64,000 nucleotides of DNA, from assembly GCA_963764165.1 (NCBI GenBank), contig CAVXRD010000002.1, positions 2,688,001-2,752,000 on the forward strand. The letters are read 5' to 3'. The notes under the pieces were generated by a model. The model ran no database searches, was not told the DNA's origin, and was given only the letters and a program-made list of their open reading frames with translations. Below are positions 10,863-19,920 of this stretch, piece by piece; positions within the stretch are counted from its first letter, which is position 1; each line of letters opens with the position of its first letter. The stretch comes from an uncultured Verrucomicrobiae bacterium. GTDB taxonomy: Bacteria; Verrucomicrobiota; Verrucomicrobiia; Limisphaerales; Palsa-1400. A program made the translations under genes and the position numbers.

Positions 10863-11477
10863 ATGTTTACAGGAATTGTCGAAGAAACGGGCCGGATCGC
10901 CGCCATCAAGCCAGCCAAGGAGGCCATCGAATTGCAGGTTACCGCGCGCGTGTGCGGGCGCGATCTGAAAACCGGCGACAGTCTCGCGATCAATGGATGC
11001 TGCCTGACGGTGGAGAAAATCGCGCGGCGCGGCAAAGGCAGGCTGCTGCAATTTTCTGTTTTGCAGGAAAGCTGGATCCGCACGAATCTCCAGTTTGCCA
11101 AACCCGGCTCGGGCGTCAATCTCGAACGCGCCTTGCGCATGGGCGACCGCCTCGGCGGGCATTTCGTCACCGGCCACGTTGAAGGATTGGGCCGCATCGC
11201 GCGCTGGGAACAATCCGGCAAGGACTTCATCCTGGAAATTTCCGCGGCACCCGAATTGATGCGCTACGTCATTTTCAAAGGCTCGATTGCCGTCGACGGC
11301 ATCAGCCTGACGGTTGCGGCGGTGCGCAAAAAAAGTTTCGATATTTGGATCATTCCGCACACGCGCGAAGTGACAACGCTGAGCGAGCGCGCTGTCGGCG
11401 ACGCCGTGAATCTCGAAACGGACATGCTCGGAAAATTTGTGGAACGCTTTGTGAGCTTGCCGAAGAAAAAGGCGTGA
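10863..11477 (+). CDS. ribE: Riboflavin synthase alpha chain
   Basis: MFTGIVEE start, GCCLTV, VNLERAL, GGHFVTGH, VDGISLTV. Confidence 0.96.
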   Translation: MFTGIVEETGRIAAIKPAKEAIELQVTARVCGRDLKTGDSLAINGCCLTVEKIARRGKGRLLQFSVLQESWIRTNLQFAKPGSGVNLERALRMGDRLGGHFVTGHVEGLGRIARWEQSGKDFILEISAAPELMRYVIFKGSIAVDGISLTVAAVRKKSFDIWIIPHTREVTTLSERAVGDAVNLETDMLGKFVERFVSLPKKKA

Positions 11478-11495
11478 CCTATTTCGCTTTTTGCG

Positions 11496-11609
11496 CGGGG
11501 CGCGGCTGTATTCGAAGGAGCGAAGCGACGAAGAATCAGCCACAGCACGCCGCGATCAATCGACGTGTATCTTAATGCTGCGACTGGTCTGCGACACAGT
11601 CGCGCTCCG
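11496..11609. repeat. REPIN-like inverted repeat, family B (CGGAGCGCGGCTGTGTCGAAGACCAGCCGCAGC), degenerate copy
   Basis: Arms match the copies at 19107-19263 and 30121-30280; lies between convergent ribE and sua5. Confidence 0.7.
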
Positions 11610-11610
11610 G

Positions 11611-12615
11611 CTATTGCGCCGCTCGTCGCAATCGATCCACTATCCCCCGCCATGCTTCGCCGGCTGGCGGCGTTTCGACAATGATCAGTTCCGTGCCTGC
11701 CGCGTCGCAGCGATGCAAAAGCGCGTAAAGAGAACGCGCATAGGCCTCGGGGTCATCCGAAATCGTGGTGACTTGTCCAAAATACTTCAATCCCGCACTC
11801 GCGCGGAATGTGACAAGATGAATTTTCTCCCTGTCGGCCTTGGATTTGGAAATCGCCGCCAGCAACGCAGCTTCGTCGTCAAACGCCATTACGATCAACT
11901 TGGCGCGAGGCGAATAATGTTTTGGCAATTGGCCGGGGCTTCGCGCGATGGCGTCAACCGAATCGCCCGTCAAAATTTTCCGCCCTAGAACAGCTTCCAA
12001 GGCATCGGCAGAAATCATGCCTGGCCGCAGCAATCGAGGCTGTGCGGTTGACAAGTCCACCACGGTCGATTCAATCCCGACTTGCGCCGGCCCTCCGTCA
12101 ATTATCAGCGGAATTTTTGCGCCCAGACTTCTGGTGACATGCTCGGCTGTCGTGGGCGAAAGCTCGTTGGAAGGGTTGGCGCTCGGCGCGGCCAGCGGAA
12201 ATCCGCACGCGCGAATGACAGCCTCCATGAAAGGATGCCGCGGCCATCGCACGCCCACGGTCGGCCCGCCCGCCGTGACAATCAGCGGGATTTCCTCCGA
12301 ACGCGGCAGCACCATCGTAAGCGGTCCCGGCCAAAATTTTGCCGCCAGCCGTTCAGCGGATTCAGGCCAATCCGCAACCATCTGGCGAGCCATATCAAAG
12401 CTCGCGACGTGGACAATGATCGGATTTCCCGGGGGACGTCCCTTCGCCGCATAAATTTTTGCAACGGCCTGCGCGTCTAACGCATTGGCGGCCAGCCCAT
12501 AAACCGTCTCCGTCGGCAGCGCGACGATCTCCCCCGCGCGCAGAAGCGCGGCCGCCCGCGAAACTGCGGCGTCAAATTCTCCCGGCGATTGAATAGATAG
12601 CGTTTTAGCGCTCAT
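11611..12615 (-). CDS. sua5: L-threonylcarbamoyladenylate synthase (Sua5 type)
   Basis: PTETVYGL, KGRP..NPIIVH, FWPGPLT, AAPSAN, GIESTV, SPGQLPKHYSP C-terminal Sua5 domain. Start at MSAKT. Confidence 0.94.
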   Translation of the reverse strand: MSAKTLSIQSPGEFDAAVSRAAALLRAGEIVALPTETVYGLAANALDAQAVAKIYAAKGRPPGNPIIVHVASFDMARQMVADWPESAERLAAKFWPGPLTMVLPRSEEIPLIVTAGGPTVGVRWPRHPFMEAVIRACGFPLAAPSANPSNELSPTTAEHVTRSLGAKIPLIIDGGPAQVGIESTVVDLSTAQPRLLRPGMISADALEAVLGRKILTGDSVDAIARSPGQLPKHYSPRAKLIVMAFDDEAALLAAISKSKADREKIHLVTFRASAGLKYFGQVTTISDDPEAYARSLYALLHRCDAAGTELIIVETPPAGEAWRGIVDRLRRAAQ

Positions 12616-12760
12616 GCCTGCATCAACAATGGGAATTGTGGCGGCAGGATTTGCGTGGCGCAACGATTTCTGGACGCAGCTTTTACTCCAAGCCAACTTT
12701 TCGATTGCGACTGTTTTGAATTGAATCGCCCATGTGCCGCCGGTATTGTAGCGCACCGTA

Positions 12761-12776
12761 TGGCGCAAGATTTGCG
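12761..12776 (+). promoter_or_regulatory. Putative sigma54 -24/-12 promoter of the ABC exporter operon
   Basis: TGGCGCAAGATTTGCG: GG-N10-GC with TTGC, 40 bp before the ATG. Confidence 0.6.
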
Positions 12777-12815
12777 GGTGCGTTGCCCTAATCTATCGCC
12801 GCCACAACAACTTAA

Positions 12816-14036
12816 ATGAGCGCTCCCAAAACCTCGCTCGATGATTTGAAAATCGAGCGCCGCGAGACGCACTCGCCCCAGCCAAATCGATGGTTGTGGC
12901 CGGTCGTCGTTTTGGTTTTGGCGGCAGCGGCCGCGGCGGGGTTCTACTTGACGCGAAATCCGTCCATCGAAATTACCTCCGCGCCTGTGCGTGTAGTGAG
13001 CAGTGGAGGCGCTGGCGTTACCATTCTCAACGCTTCGGGTTACGTCACCGCACGGCGGCAGGCGACCATTTCCGCAAAGGTGACGGGCAAAGTCGTCGAT
13101 CTGCTGGTGGAAGAAGGGCTGCGCGTCAAATCCGGGCAGGTGCTGGCGAGATTGGATGATTCGAACATCAAGATGGGTCTCAGCGTTGCCGAAAGCCAGT
13201 TGGAATCCGCCAAGCTCAATCTCGACGAGACCCGAGCCCTCCTGAAACAGGCCGAGAACGAGTATCAGCGCGAAACCGAGCTCGCCAAGCAGAAGATCAC
13301 CTCGCAATCCGATCTCGAGAAAGCGGAGTCCGACGCCGTTTCCATCAAGGCCCGTCTTGCCCGCCAGACCGTTGACGCCACAGTGGCCGACCGCCAGTTG
13401 GCGGTGCTGAAACAGGAGATGGAGGACATGGTGATTCGCGCGCCGTTCGACGGCATTGTGACCACCAAGGACGCCCAGCCAGGCGAAATGATTTCTCCAG
13501 TCTCGGCTGGCGGCGGCTTCACCCGCACGGGCATTTGCACGATTGTTGACATGGATTCTTTGGAGATTGAAATTGATGTCAACGAAAGCTATATCAATCG
13601 CGTCGAGCCGGGACAGCCAGTCGAGGCGACGCTGGATGCGTATCCGGACTGGAAAATCCCGTGCAAAGTAATCGCCATCATTCCGACCGCGGACCGTCAG
13701 AAATCGACCGTGAAGGTGCGGGTGGGTTTTGACAAATTGGATCCGCGCATTTTGCCGGAGATGGGTGTGAAGGTCGCCTTCCACGAGGCCACCACCGCGA
13801 ATGCCGTGGCAAAGCAAACGATGCTGGTGCCAAAGGCCGCCGTTCGCCAGGAGACTGGGAAAGACATCGTGATGGTGGTTCGGAATGACGCGGTCGAACG
13901 CCGAGCGATTTCGGTGACCGGGTCGAGCGGCGATGATATTATTGTCAGCGCGGGCCTCACCAGCGGGGAGCGCGTGGTGGTGGATGGCCCGAAGGATTTA
14001 AGCGACGGCGCGAAGGTCAAAGAGAAAACCAAATAG
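12816..14036 (+). CDS. Periplasmic adaptor (membrane fusion protein) of a MacAB-type ABC exporter
   Basis: N-terminal TM, lipoyl-like GQVLARLD, coiled coil, IRAPFDGIV. Confidence 0.9.
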   Translation: MSAPKTSLDDLKIERRETHSPQPNRWLWPVVVLVLAAAAAAGFYLTRNPSIEITSAPVRVVSSGGAGVTILNASGYVTARRQATISAKVTGKVVDLLVEEGLRVKSGQVLARLDDSNIKMGLSVAESQLESAKLNLDETRALLKQAENEYQRETELAKQKITSQSDLEKAESDAVSIKARLARQTVDATVADRQLAVLKQEMEDMVIRAPFDGIVTTKDAQPGEMISPVSAGGGFTRTGICTIVDMDSLEIEIDVNESYINRVEPGQPVEATLDAYPDWKIPCKVIAIIPTADRQKSTVKVRVGFDKLDPRILPEMGVKVAFHEATTANAVAKQTMLVPKAAVRQETGKDIVMVVRNDAVERRAISVTGSSGDDIIVSAGLTSGERVVVDGPKDLSDGAKVKEKTK

Positions 14037-14043
14037 GAAAACC

Positions 14044-14751
14044 ATGAGCGAGCCTACTAAAAGCAATGCCGCGCTGGTCAGCGTGGATGGCGTGGAAAAA
14101 GTCTTCCGGCGCGGCTCGGAGGAAATTCACGTCCTGCGCGAATTGAATCTGAAAGTTCCTTCGGGCGAATTTCTCGCGCTGATGGGGCCGTCCGGATCCG
14201 GCAAGAGCACGCTTCTCAATTTGATCGGCGGTTTGGACAAGCCCACGCGCGGCTCCGTCAGTGTTGGCGGCGAGCGTTTGGACAATTTGGGCGAACGGCA
14301 GTTGGCGGCGTGGCGCGCGCGGCACATTGGATTCGTTTTCCAGCTCTACAATTTGATGCCGACCTTGAACGCTGAGCGGAACGTCGAACTGCCGCTATTA
14401 TTGACTCATCTTTCCAGGGAGCAGCGGCGCAAGCATGTTGCGGCGGCGCTGGATGTCGTCGGACTCTCGCATCGCGCAAAGCATTTTCCGCGCACAATGT
14501 CTGGCGGCGAACAGCAACGCGTGGGAATTGCCCGCGGCATCGTGACCGACTCGACGCTTCTTCTTTGCGACGAGCCGACGGGAGATTTGGATCGAAAGGC
14601 GGGCGACGGCATTCTGGATTTGCTCCAGGCGCTCAACAGCCAGCACGGCAAAACGATCATCATGGTCACGCACGATCCGCACGCTTCCGCAAGGGCGGCG
14701 CGAACCGTTCATCTTGACAAAGGGCAGCTCAGCGCCCAAGCCGTTGCGTAA
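14044..14751 (+). CDS. ABC transporter ATP-binding protein (LolD/MacB-like)
   Basis: GPSGSGKST, MSGGEQQRV, LLCDEPTGDLD, VTHD. Confidence 0.95.
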   Translation: MSEPTKSNAALVSVDGVEKVFRRGSEEIHVLRELNLKVPSGEFLALMGPSGSGKSTLLNLIGGLDKPTRGSVSVGGERLDNLGERQLAAWRARHIGFVFQLYNLMPTLNAERNVELPLLLTHLSREQRRKHVAAALDVVGLSHRAKHFPRTMSGGEQQRVGIARGIVTDSTLLLCDEPTGDLDRKAGDGILDLLQALNSQHGKTIIMVTHDPHASARAARTVHLDKGQLSAQAVA

Positions 14752-14802
14752 ACCATGAATACTGCTGCCACGCATCATTTTGATTCTGGTCACGCAGCGA
14801 CG

Positions 14803-14932
14803 GTAGGGACGCCTCGCCGAGGCGTCCGCGGTGAGGTGTTCTATACTCGAAAACCGTCCGAGAAATCGCACGCAACCGGCCTGTCCGCCGTAGCTTTAGC
14901 GAAGACGGAACGCCTCGGCGAGGCGTCCCTGC
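14803..14932. repeat. GTAG-REP doublet (REPIN), family A, carrying a 30-bp nested insert
   Basis: GTAGGGACGCCTCGCCGAGGCGTCC ... inverted copy; spacer homologous to 21604-21691. Confidence 0.85.
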
Positions 14933-14942
14933 CTCTGAAGTC

Positions 14943-16097
14943 ATGAAATTCTTCCCCCTCATCTGGAGCAATTTGAAACGCAAGAAACTGCGGACGTTTC
15001 TGACGTTTCTCTCGATTCTCGTCGCGTTCGTGCTCTTCGGAATTCTGTCCGCCATCAAGGAGGCCTTCACCGGCGGCATCAGCATCAACGGCGCGAATCG
15101 CCTTATTGTCCAGCACAAGGTTTCGCTGCTCATTCTGCTGCCGGAAAGTTACAAGGCTCGGATGGAGCGCATTCCTGGCGTCGATCTGGCCACCCATCAA
15201 ACTTGGTTTGGCGGAATCTACCAGGATCCGAAGAATTTCTTCATGCAATGCCCGGTCGTGCCGGATGATTTTTCGAGCATGTGGCCGGAAATTCTGCTGG
15301 CTCCCGAACAACTCAAAGCATGGAAGGAAACGCGAACCGGCGCCATCGTCGGACGCAAGAGCGCGAATAAATTTCACTGGAAGATCGGCGACAAAGTCCC
15401 GATCAAAACCCCGATTTGGGCCAAAAAGGACGGCAGCGACACCTGGGAATTTGACATCGTCGGAATATTTGACGGGAAGGAAAAAAACACGGACACGACC
15501 GCGCTGTTTTTCCGCTACGACTATTTTGACGAGGCGCACAAGGGCGAACGCGGCCAGGTCGGCTGGTACACCGTGCGCGTCAAAGATCCAAAGCGCTCCG
15601 GAGAACTCGCCAAATTGATTGACAAGGAATTTGAGAATTCGACTGCCGAGGTCAAAGCCGAGCCCGAAGCGGCCATGGCGCAATCATGGGCGAATCAACT
15701 GGGCGACATCGGCCTCATTTGCACTTCGATTCTCGGCGCGGTGTTCTTTACGATTTTATTGGTGACAGGAAACACCATGACACAAGCCGTGCGCGAACGG
15801 ACGGGCGAGCTGGGTGTGTTGAAGGCAATCGGTTTCACCAATGCCCAAGTGGTTGTTTTCGTGATGACCGAATCCTGCCTCATCGCGACCGGCGGCGGGC
15901 TGGTGGGGCTTGGATTGGCGTGGCTGATTGCCTCCAGCGGCGATCCGACGGGCGGCATGCTGCCGATGTTTTTCATTCCCACGCATGACCTGGCTGTCGG
16001 CGCTGGCATCAGCGTGGCGCTGGGATTGGTTACCGGCTTGTTCCCCGCCGTTCAGGCGATGCGCCTGCAAGTGGCGGTGGCTTTGAGGAGAATGTAA
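14943..16097 (+). CDS. ABC transporter permease (FtsX/MacB-like)
   Basis: RKKLRTFLT, periplasmic core, VRERTGELGVLKAIGF. Confidence 0.92.
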   Translation: MKFFPLIWSNLKRKKLRTFLTFLSILVAFVLFGILSAIKEAFTGGISINGANRLIVQHKVSLLILLPESYKARMERIPGVDLATHQTWFGGIYQDPKNFFMQCPVVPDDFSSMWPEILLAPEQLKAWKETRTGAIVGRKSANKFHWKIGDKVPIKTPIWAKKDGSDTWEFDIVGIFDGKEKNTDTTALFFRYDYFDEAHKGERGQVGWYTVRVKDPKRSGELAKLIDKEFENSTAEVKAEPEAAMAQSWANQLGDIGLICTSILGAVFFTILLVTGNTMTQAVRERTGELGVLKAIGFTNAQVVVFVMTESCLIATGGGLVGLGLAWLIASSGDPTGGMLPMFFIPTHDLAVGAGISVALGLVTGLFPAVQAMRLQVAVALRRM

Positions 16098-16098
16098 T

Positions 16099-17298
16099 AT
16101 GGCTGGCCCCATCAATTGGATTTTGCAGGTTGTATCCGTGACGAAGTTCGGCTTGCTGAGCATCCCGCAACGGCTGGGATCGGCGCTGACTTCGATCATC
16201 GGCATCGCGGGCGTGGTGGCGGTGCTTGTCAGCGTGCTCTCCATGGCGACGGGGTTTCACAAAACCATGTCCGGCTCGATTCCCCCCGACGCCGTCATCG
16301 TCCTGCGGTCGGGAGCCACCAGCGAGATGGTCAGCGGATTGACCCGCGCCGACACGCGCTTGATCGGGGACGCCCCAGGGCTCGCCCGCGACACCAATGG
16401 CCCGCTGGCCTCGGCGGAATTATTCGTTATTATTGACTTGCCCAAGCGCTCGACCGGCACCGACGTCAACGTGCCGATGCGCGGGGTTGAACGGGCGGCG
16501 TTTCAAGTGCGCGACAAATTGAAAATCGTAGACGGCCGCGCGTTTGAATGGGGCAAAAACGAAGTGATCGTGGGAACGGCCGCCGTGAGTCAATTCGCGG
16601 GATTGAAGGTTGGCAACACGATTAAAGTGGGCCGCGAGCAATGGCCCATCGTCGGCATTTTCTCCGCCAACGGCGCGGCGGCTGAATCTGAAGTCTGGAC
16701 GGACGCGACGATGCTGCAAGGCGCGTTCAACCGCGGCGATTCGTTCCAGGCGGTGTACGGAAAATTGGCCACGCCGGGCGCGTTCGCTCAATTCAAGGAT
16801 TTCCTGACCAGCAATCCGCAACTGAGTGTCAAACCCGAGAAGCAGGCCGACTTCAATGAAGAACAATCCTCCACCATGACTCAGATGATTAACACGCTCG
16901 GCGTGCTGATCGCGGGCTTGATGGCAGTCGGCGCGATGTTTGGCGCGCTCAATACGATGTACAGCGCCGTCTCCGCCCGCACCCGCGAGATCGCCACGCT
17001 GCGCGCTCTCGGATTCGGGCGCGGCTCTGTAGTCATCTCCGTCATGCTGGAATCGCTGGCGCTGGCGTTGATCGGCGGCGTGATTGGCGGCGCGCTCGCC
17101 TACGCGTTTTTCAACGGCTACCAAACTTCGACGATGAACTTCGCCAGTTTCAGCCAGGTTGCATTCGCGTTTGCCGTTACGCCCGCCCTGCTCACCGAAG
17201 GGATTGTCTGGGCGGCGATGATTGGATTGATCGGCGGATTTTTCCCGGCCATTCGCGCCGCGCGCCTGCCGATTGCCTCGGCGCTGCGGGAATTGTAG
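16099..17298 (+). CDS. ABC transporter permease (FtsX/MacB-like)
   Basis: ARTREIATLRALGF, 4-TM FtsX layout. Confidence 0.92.
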   Translation: MAGPINWILQVVSVTKFGLLSIPQRLGSALTSIIGIAGVVAVLVSVLSMATGFHKTMSGSIPPDAVIVLRSGATSEMVSGLTRADTRLIGDAPGLARDTNGPLASAELFVIIDLPKRSTGTDVNVPMRGVERAAFQVRDKLKIVDGRAFEWGKNEVIVGTAAVSQFAGLKVGNTIKVGREQWPIVGIFSANGAAAESEVWTDATMLQGAFNRGDSFQAVYGKLATPGAFAQFKDFLTSNPQLSVKPEKQADFNEEQSSTMTQMINTLGVLIAGLMAVGAMFGALNTMYSAVSARTREIATLRALGFGRGSVVISVMLESLALALIGGVIGGALAYAFFNGYQTSTMNFASFSQVAFAFAVTPALLTEGIVWAAMIGLIGGFFPAIRAARLPIASALREL

Positions 17299-17302
17299 CC
17301 CA

Positions 17303-18970
17303 TTACGGCGCGCCCAGGAGAATGACAATTCTTCCTGCGGCATTGGACTTCAGCCGAATTTTGCCATCGTCCAATGGCTCGAACAAACCCGCATCCGGGC
17401 CAGTTCTCATTTCATAGGTTGTCCCGGCGTAATGATAGGTGACGCAATTCGTCTTCACGCTTTCAATCGCGGCGCTCATTTTCCCGCCGCCGTACCATTC
17501 CCAAGCCCAAGCCAGCGGATGTCCGTGCCCATCGGTCGCCGCGCAGTAGAGGCCGGATTCGCCGCAATCCATGGAGAAAGAGCCGCCTCCGCGAAGCGCT
17601 TGCTTGATCTCCAAATCCGTCGCGTTCAATTCCTTCACTACCGGTGGCCCTTCAGGATCCATATTCGCACTGGCGCCGTCCGCGGAAATAATCACCGGAC
17701 GCATGGCGGCTTTTTGTTTTCCCGACCATTGCGCTTGATCCATCAACGGCAACGTTTCGTAAGCCAGCGAACGCGTGGCCAGCGGCGTTTCGTGCGTTGG
17801 CGAAACCAGCTCTTCGTCGAACCGATGAAGATCGCGAATGAAAAAACTGCCATTCTCCCACAGAACGTTGAGCCGATAAAACCGGCTGTCATACCAAACC
17901 GTCTTCCGGCCCTCATGCTTCCAATCGTCCAGCGCGACGACCGAAGTGGCGGGCGTGAGCGGAAATTGCCGGCGGAACCATTCGCCTGATTGCGCCAGCG
18001 TCTCCACCCGAATTTCGCCCGCCTTCGCTTGTTTCGCGAGCAGCGCCATTTGCAGTTTCTGGCCTGCTTTCATTGAGTCCCAGCCGAACGAATTTTCCTG
18101 TCCCGCCTGCGTGTAGCCGAAAGCAAGCGCGGGCTGGTGAATCAGGCAATCCATAAACCAATTCACCCAATTCGTCGAACCGCCTGCCGACGAATACACG
18201 GGCTCAAGCGTGAACATGCCCGGCGTCGTGCCGTGCTGATAAATCGGGTCGCTGCCCAGCATGCGGAATATGGGAACGTCAATTTGGTTCGCCTTGTTCT
18301 GGGCGGGCATGTAGGCATTCAAGCGGCTCGGGTAATACGCCTGATTCCAGTAACCGCCCCACAGCGTGTATCCATCGGTGCCAACTTGATCTTTGCAATT
18401 GCACGAAGCCACAACACCATACTTCTCACCCATGTAAGCCAGCGTGATTTCGTCGATATACCACGAGCCCACCGAGCGCGGATATGCGGCGAAGACCGCC
18501 TTGAAATCCGCCATGTAAACATCCACCAGCTTGCGGCGCTCCTCAGGCGTGTAACCCGGCGAAAATCCGACATTGGCGGTCGGATCCCATTCGTGGTGCC
18601 CGCGCCATTTCAAGCCCGCCTTTTCCACCAGCGGCTGCGGGAGTTCCCACCAGGCCGCGATTTCATCATTCGTCCCCAATTCCTCCTTGAGCAGCTTCTG
18701 GTAGCGCGGGTTGATCAGCGCGTCATACTCCAGCGCCCAAGTCGCAGGCAGCCCCAGCGACTTCGTCAACAAGATTTCCTGCCGTGTTGCCCCGAATAAA
18801 ATATCCTCCGAATTAGCGAGGCGGTAATCCGAATTGCGAATGAAATTGTAGATATTGACGATCTTCGGGCCGTCGGCGAAAGCGGTTGGAGCAACGGCCA
18901 TTGCGGCGGCGCTCAAAAGCGCGAAAGCGGACGGGAAAATTCGACCGAGTAACGTGATGCGCATTGTCAT
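17303..18970 (-). CDS. Secreted hypothetical protein, possibly carbohydrate-active
   Basis: 555-aa ORF with signal peptide and aromatic-rich globular region; fold assignment is only a guess. Confidence 0.7.
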   Translation of the reverse strand: MTMRITLLGRIFPSAFALLSAAAMAVAPTAFADGPKIVNIYNFIRNSDYRLANSEDILFGATRQEILLTKSLGLPATWALEYDALINPRYQKLLKEELGTNDEIAAWWELPQPLVEKAGLKWRGHHEWDPTANVGFSPGYTPEERRKLVDVYMADFKAVFAAYPRSVGSWYIDEITLAYMGEKYGVVASCNCKDQVGTDGYTLWGGYWNQAYYPSRLNAYMPAQNKANQIDVPIFRMLGSDPIYQHGTTPGMFTLEPVYSSAGGSTNWVNWFMDCLIHQPALAFGYTQAGQENSFGWDSMKAGQKLQMALLAKQAKAGEIRVETLAQSGEWFRRQFPLTPATSVVALDDWKHEGRKTVWYDSRFYRLNVLWENGSFFIRDLHRFDEELVSPTHETPLATRSLAYETLPLMDQAQWSGKQKAAMRPVIISADGASANMDPEGPPVVKELNATDLEIKQALRGGGSFSMDCGESGLYCAATDGHGHPLAWAWEWYGGGKMSAAIESVKTNCVTYHYAGTTYEMRTGPDAGLFEPLDDGKIRLKSNAAGRIVILLGAP

Positions 18971-19106
18971 AGTGCAGTTGACAAAAGTTTTTGCATGCCG
19001 TGCTGCATAAATAATTCCATGAGCATAGTGAGACGACGCCTCACATACAAAACTTCATTCTGTGTGGTTGATAGAGCAGAACGGCAAGGATGAGCGCGAT
19101 GAAAAG

Positions 19107-19263
19107 CGGAGCGCGGCTGTGTCGAAGACCAGCCGCAGCATGTGCAAAGAGTTCAAGGTTAGGCACGCCAAAGGCCCAGAACGCCACGGAAAGTCTTCAC
19201 GAACTTCCGATGCGCCCTTCCTTCCGACGTGCTGCGGTTGGTCTTCGACACAACCGCGCTCCG
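19107..19263. repeat. REPIN-like inverted repeat, family B
   Basis: CGGAGCGCGGCTGTGTCGAAGACCAGCCGCAGCA ... TGCTGCGGTTGGTCTTCGACACAACCGCGCTCCG. Confidence 0.85.
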
Positions 19264-19286
19264 TTATAAGCGAATGCAAGTAAAAC

Positions 19287-19823
19287 CTATTTCGGCGCCT
19301 GATTGTGCGCCTCGACAAACCAGAGCCATTTATCGATGCCTCGAGACACTTCGGTGAAGATATCCGCAGTGTCGGCATCTTCCAGGCGATCAGCTTCATC
19401 AATCGTAGCGCGAGCATCCTTCCCAAAAGTGGAAAGCGCGCGGGAGACCGCTTCGACATGCGCGTGGCCATCCGCGATGTCCGTCGGATATTCCTCGAGG
19501 CGCGATTTCGCGGCCACCGCCCGCACCGTGCCAAAGGCTACGCCGCCAAGTTGAACAATCCGCTCGGCAATCAAATCCACGTATTCCTCGACCGCCTCAT
19601 CAATCTGGTCGAACAATTCGTGCAGGCCGATGAAATTCGGGCCCTTCACGTTCCAGTGCGCTTGTTTCATTTGCAATTGCAAATCAATGGCCGATGCCAG
19701 CCGTTGATTCATCAATTCGATGAGCGCCGTCCGCATTTCAAGCGGGAGGTCATTTTCAGTCTCATACATGGTGGGTGGTTCCACATGGTTCCTGACGGAT
19801 GTTCCCGATCTTTTTGTAGTCAT
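19287..19823 (-). CDS. dps: DNA starvation/stationary phase protection protein Dps
   Basis: KQAHWNVKGPNFIGLHELFD, DLIAERIVQLGG, DKWLWFVEAH. Confidence 0.96.
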   Translation of the reverse strand: MTTKRSGTSVRNHVEPPTMYETENDLPLEMRTALIELMNQRLASAIDLQLQMKQAHWNVKGPNFIGLHELFDQIDEAVEEYVDLIAERIVQLGGVAFGTVRAVAAKSRLEEYPTDIADGHAHVEAVSRALSTFGKDARATIDEADRLEDADTADIFTEVSRGIDKWLWFVEAHNQAPK

Positions 19824-19920
19824 AAATAAATTCGTTAAAGGTCTCGCCTGTCACAATAACATCTCCCACAAAAATCGCCACTGCTGCGAAACCCGCCCAT
19901 CATGGTAGGGACGCCTCGCA

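Noticed and set aside
14755..14946. Small ORFs containing GRDASPRRP / LGEASLP (also 21630-21824, 54331-54648, 54404-54610)
   Set aside because: Translations of REP sequences, not genes.
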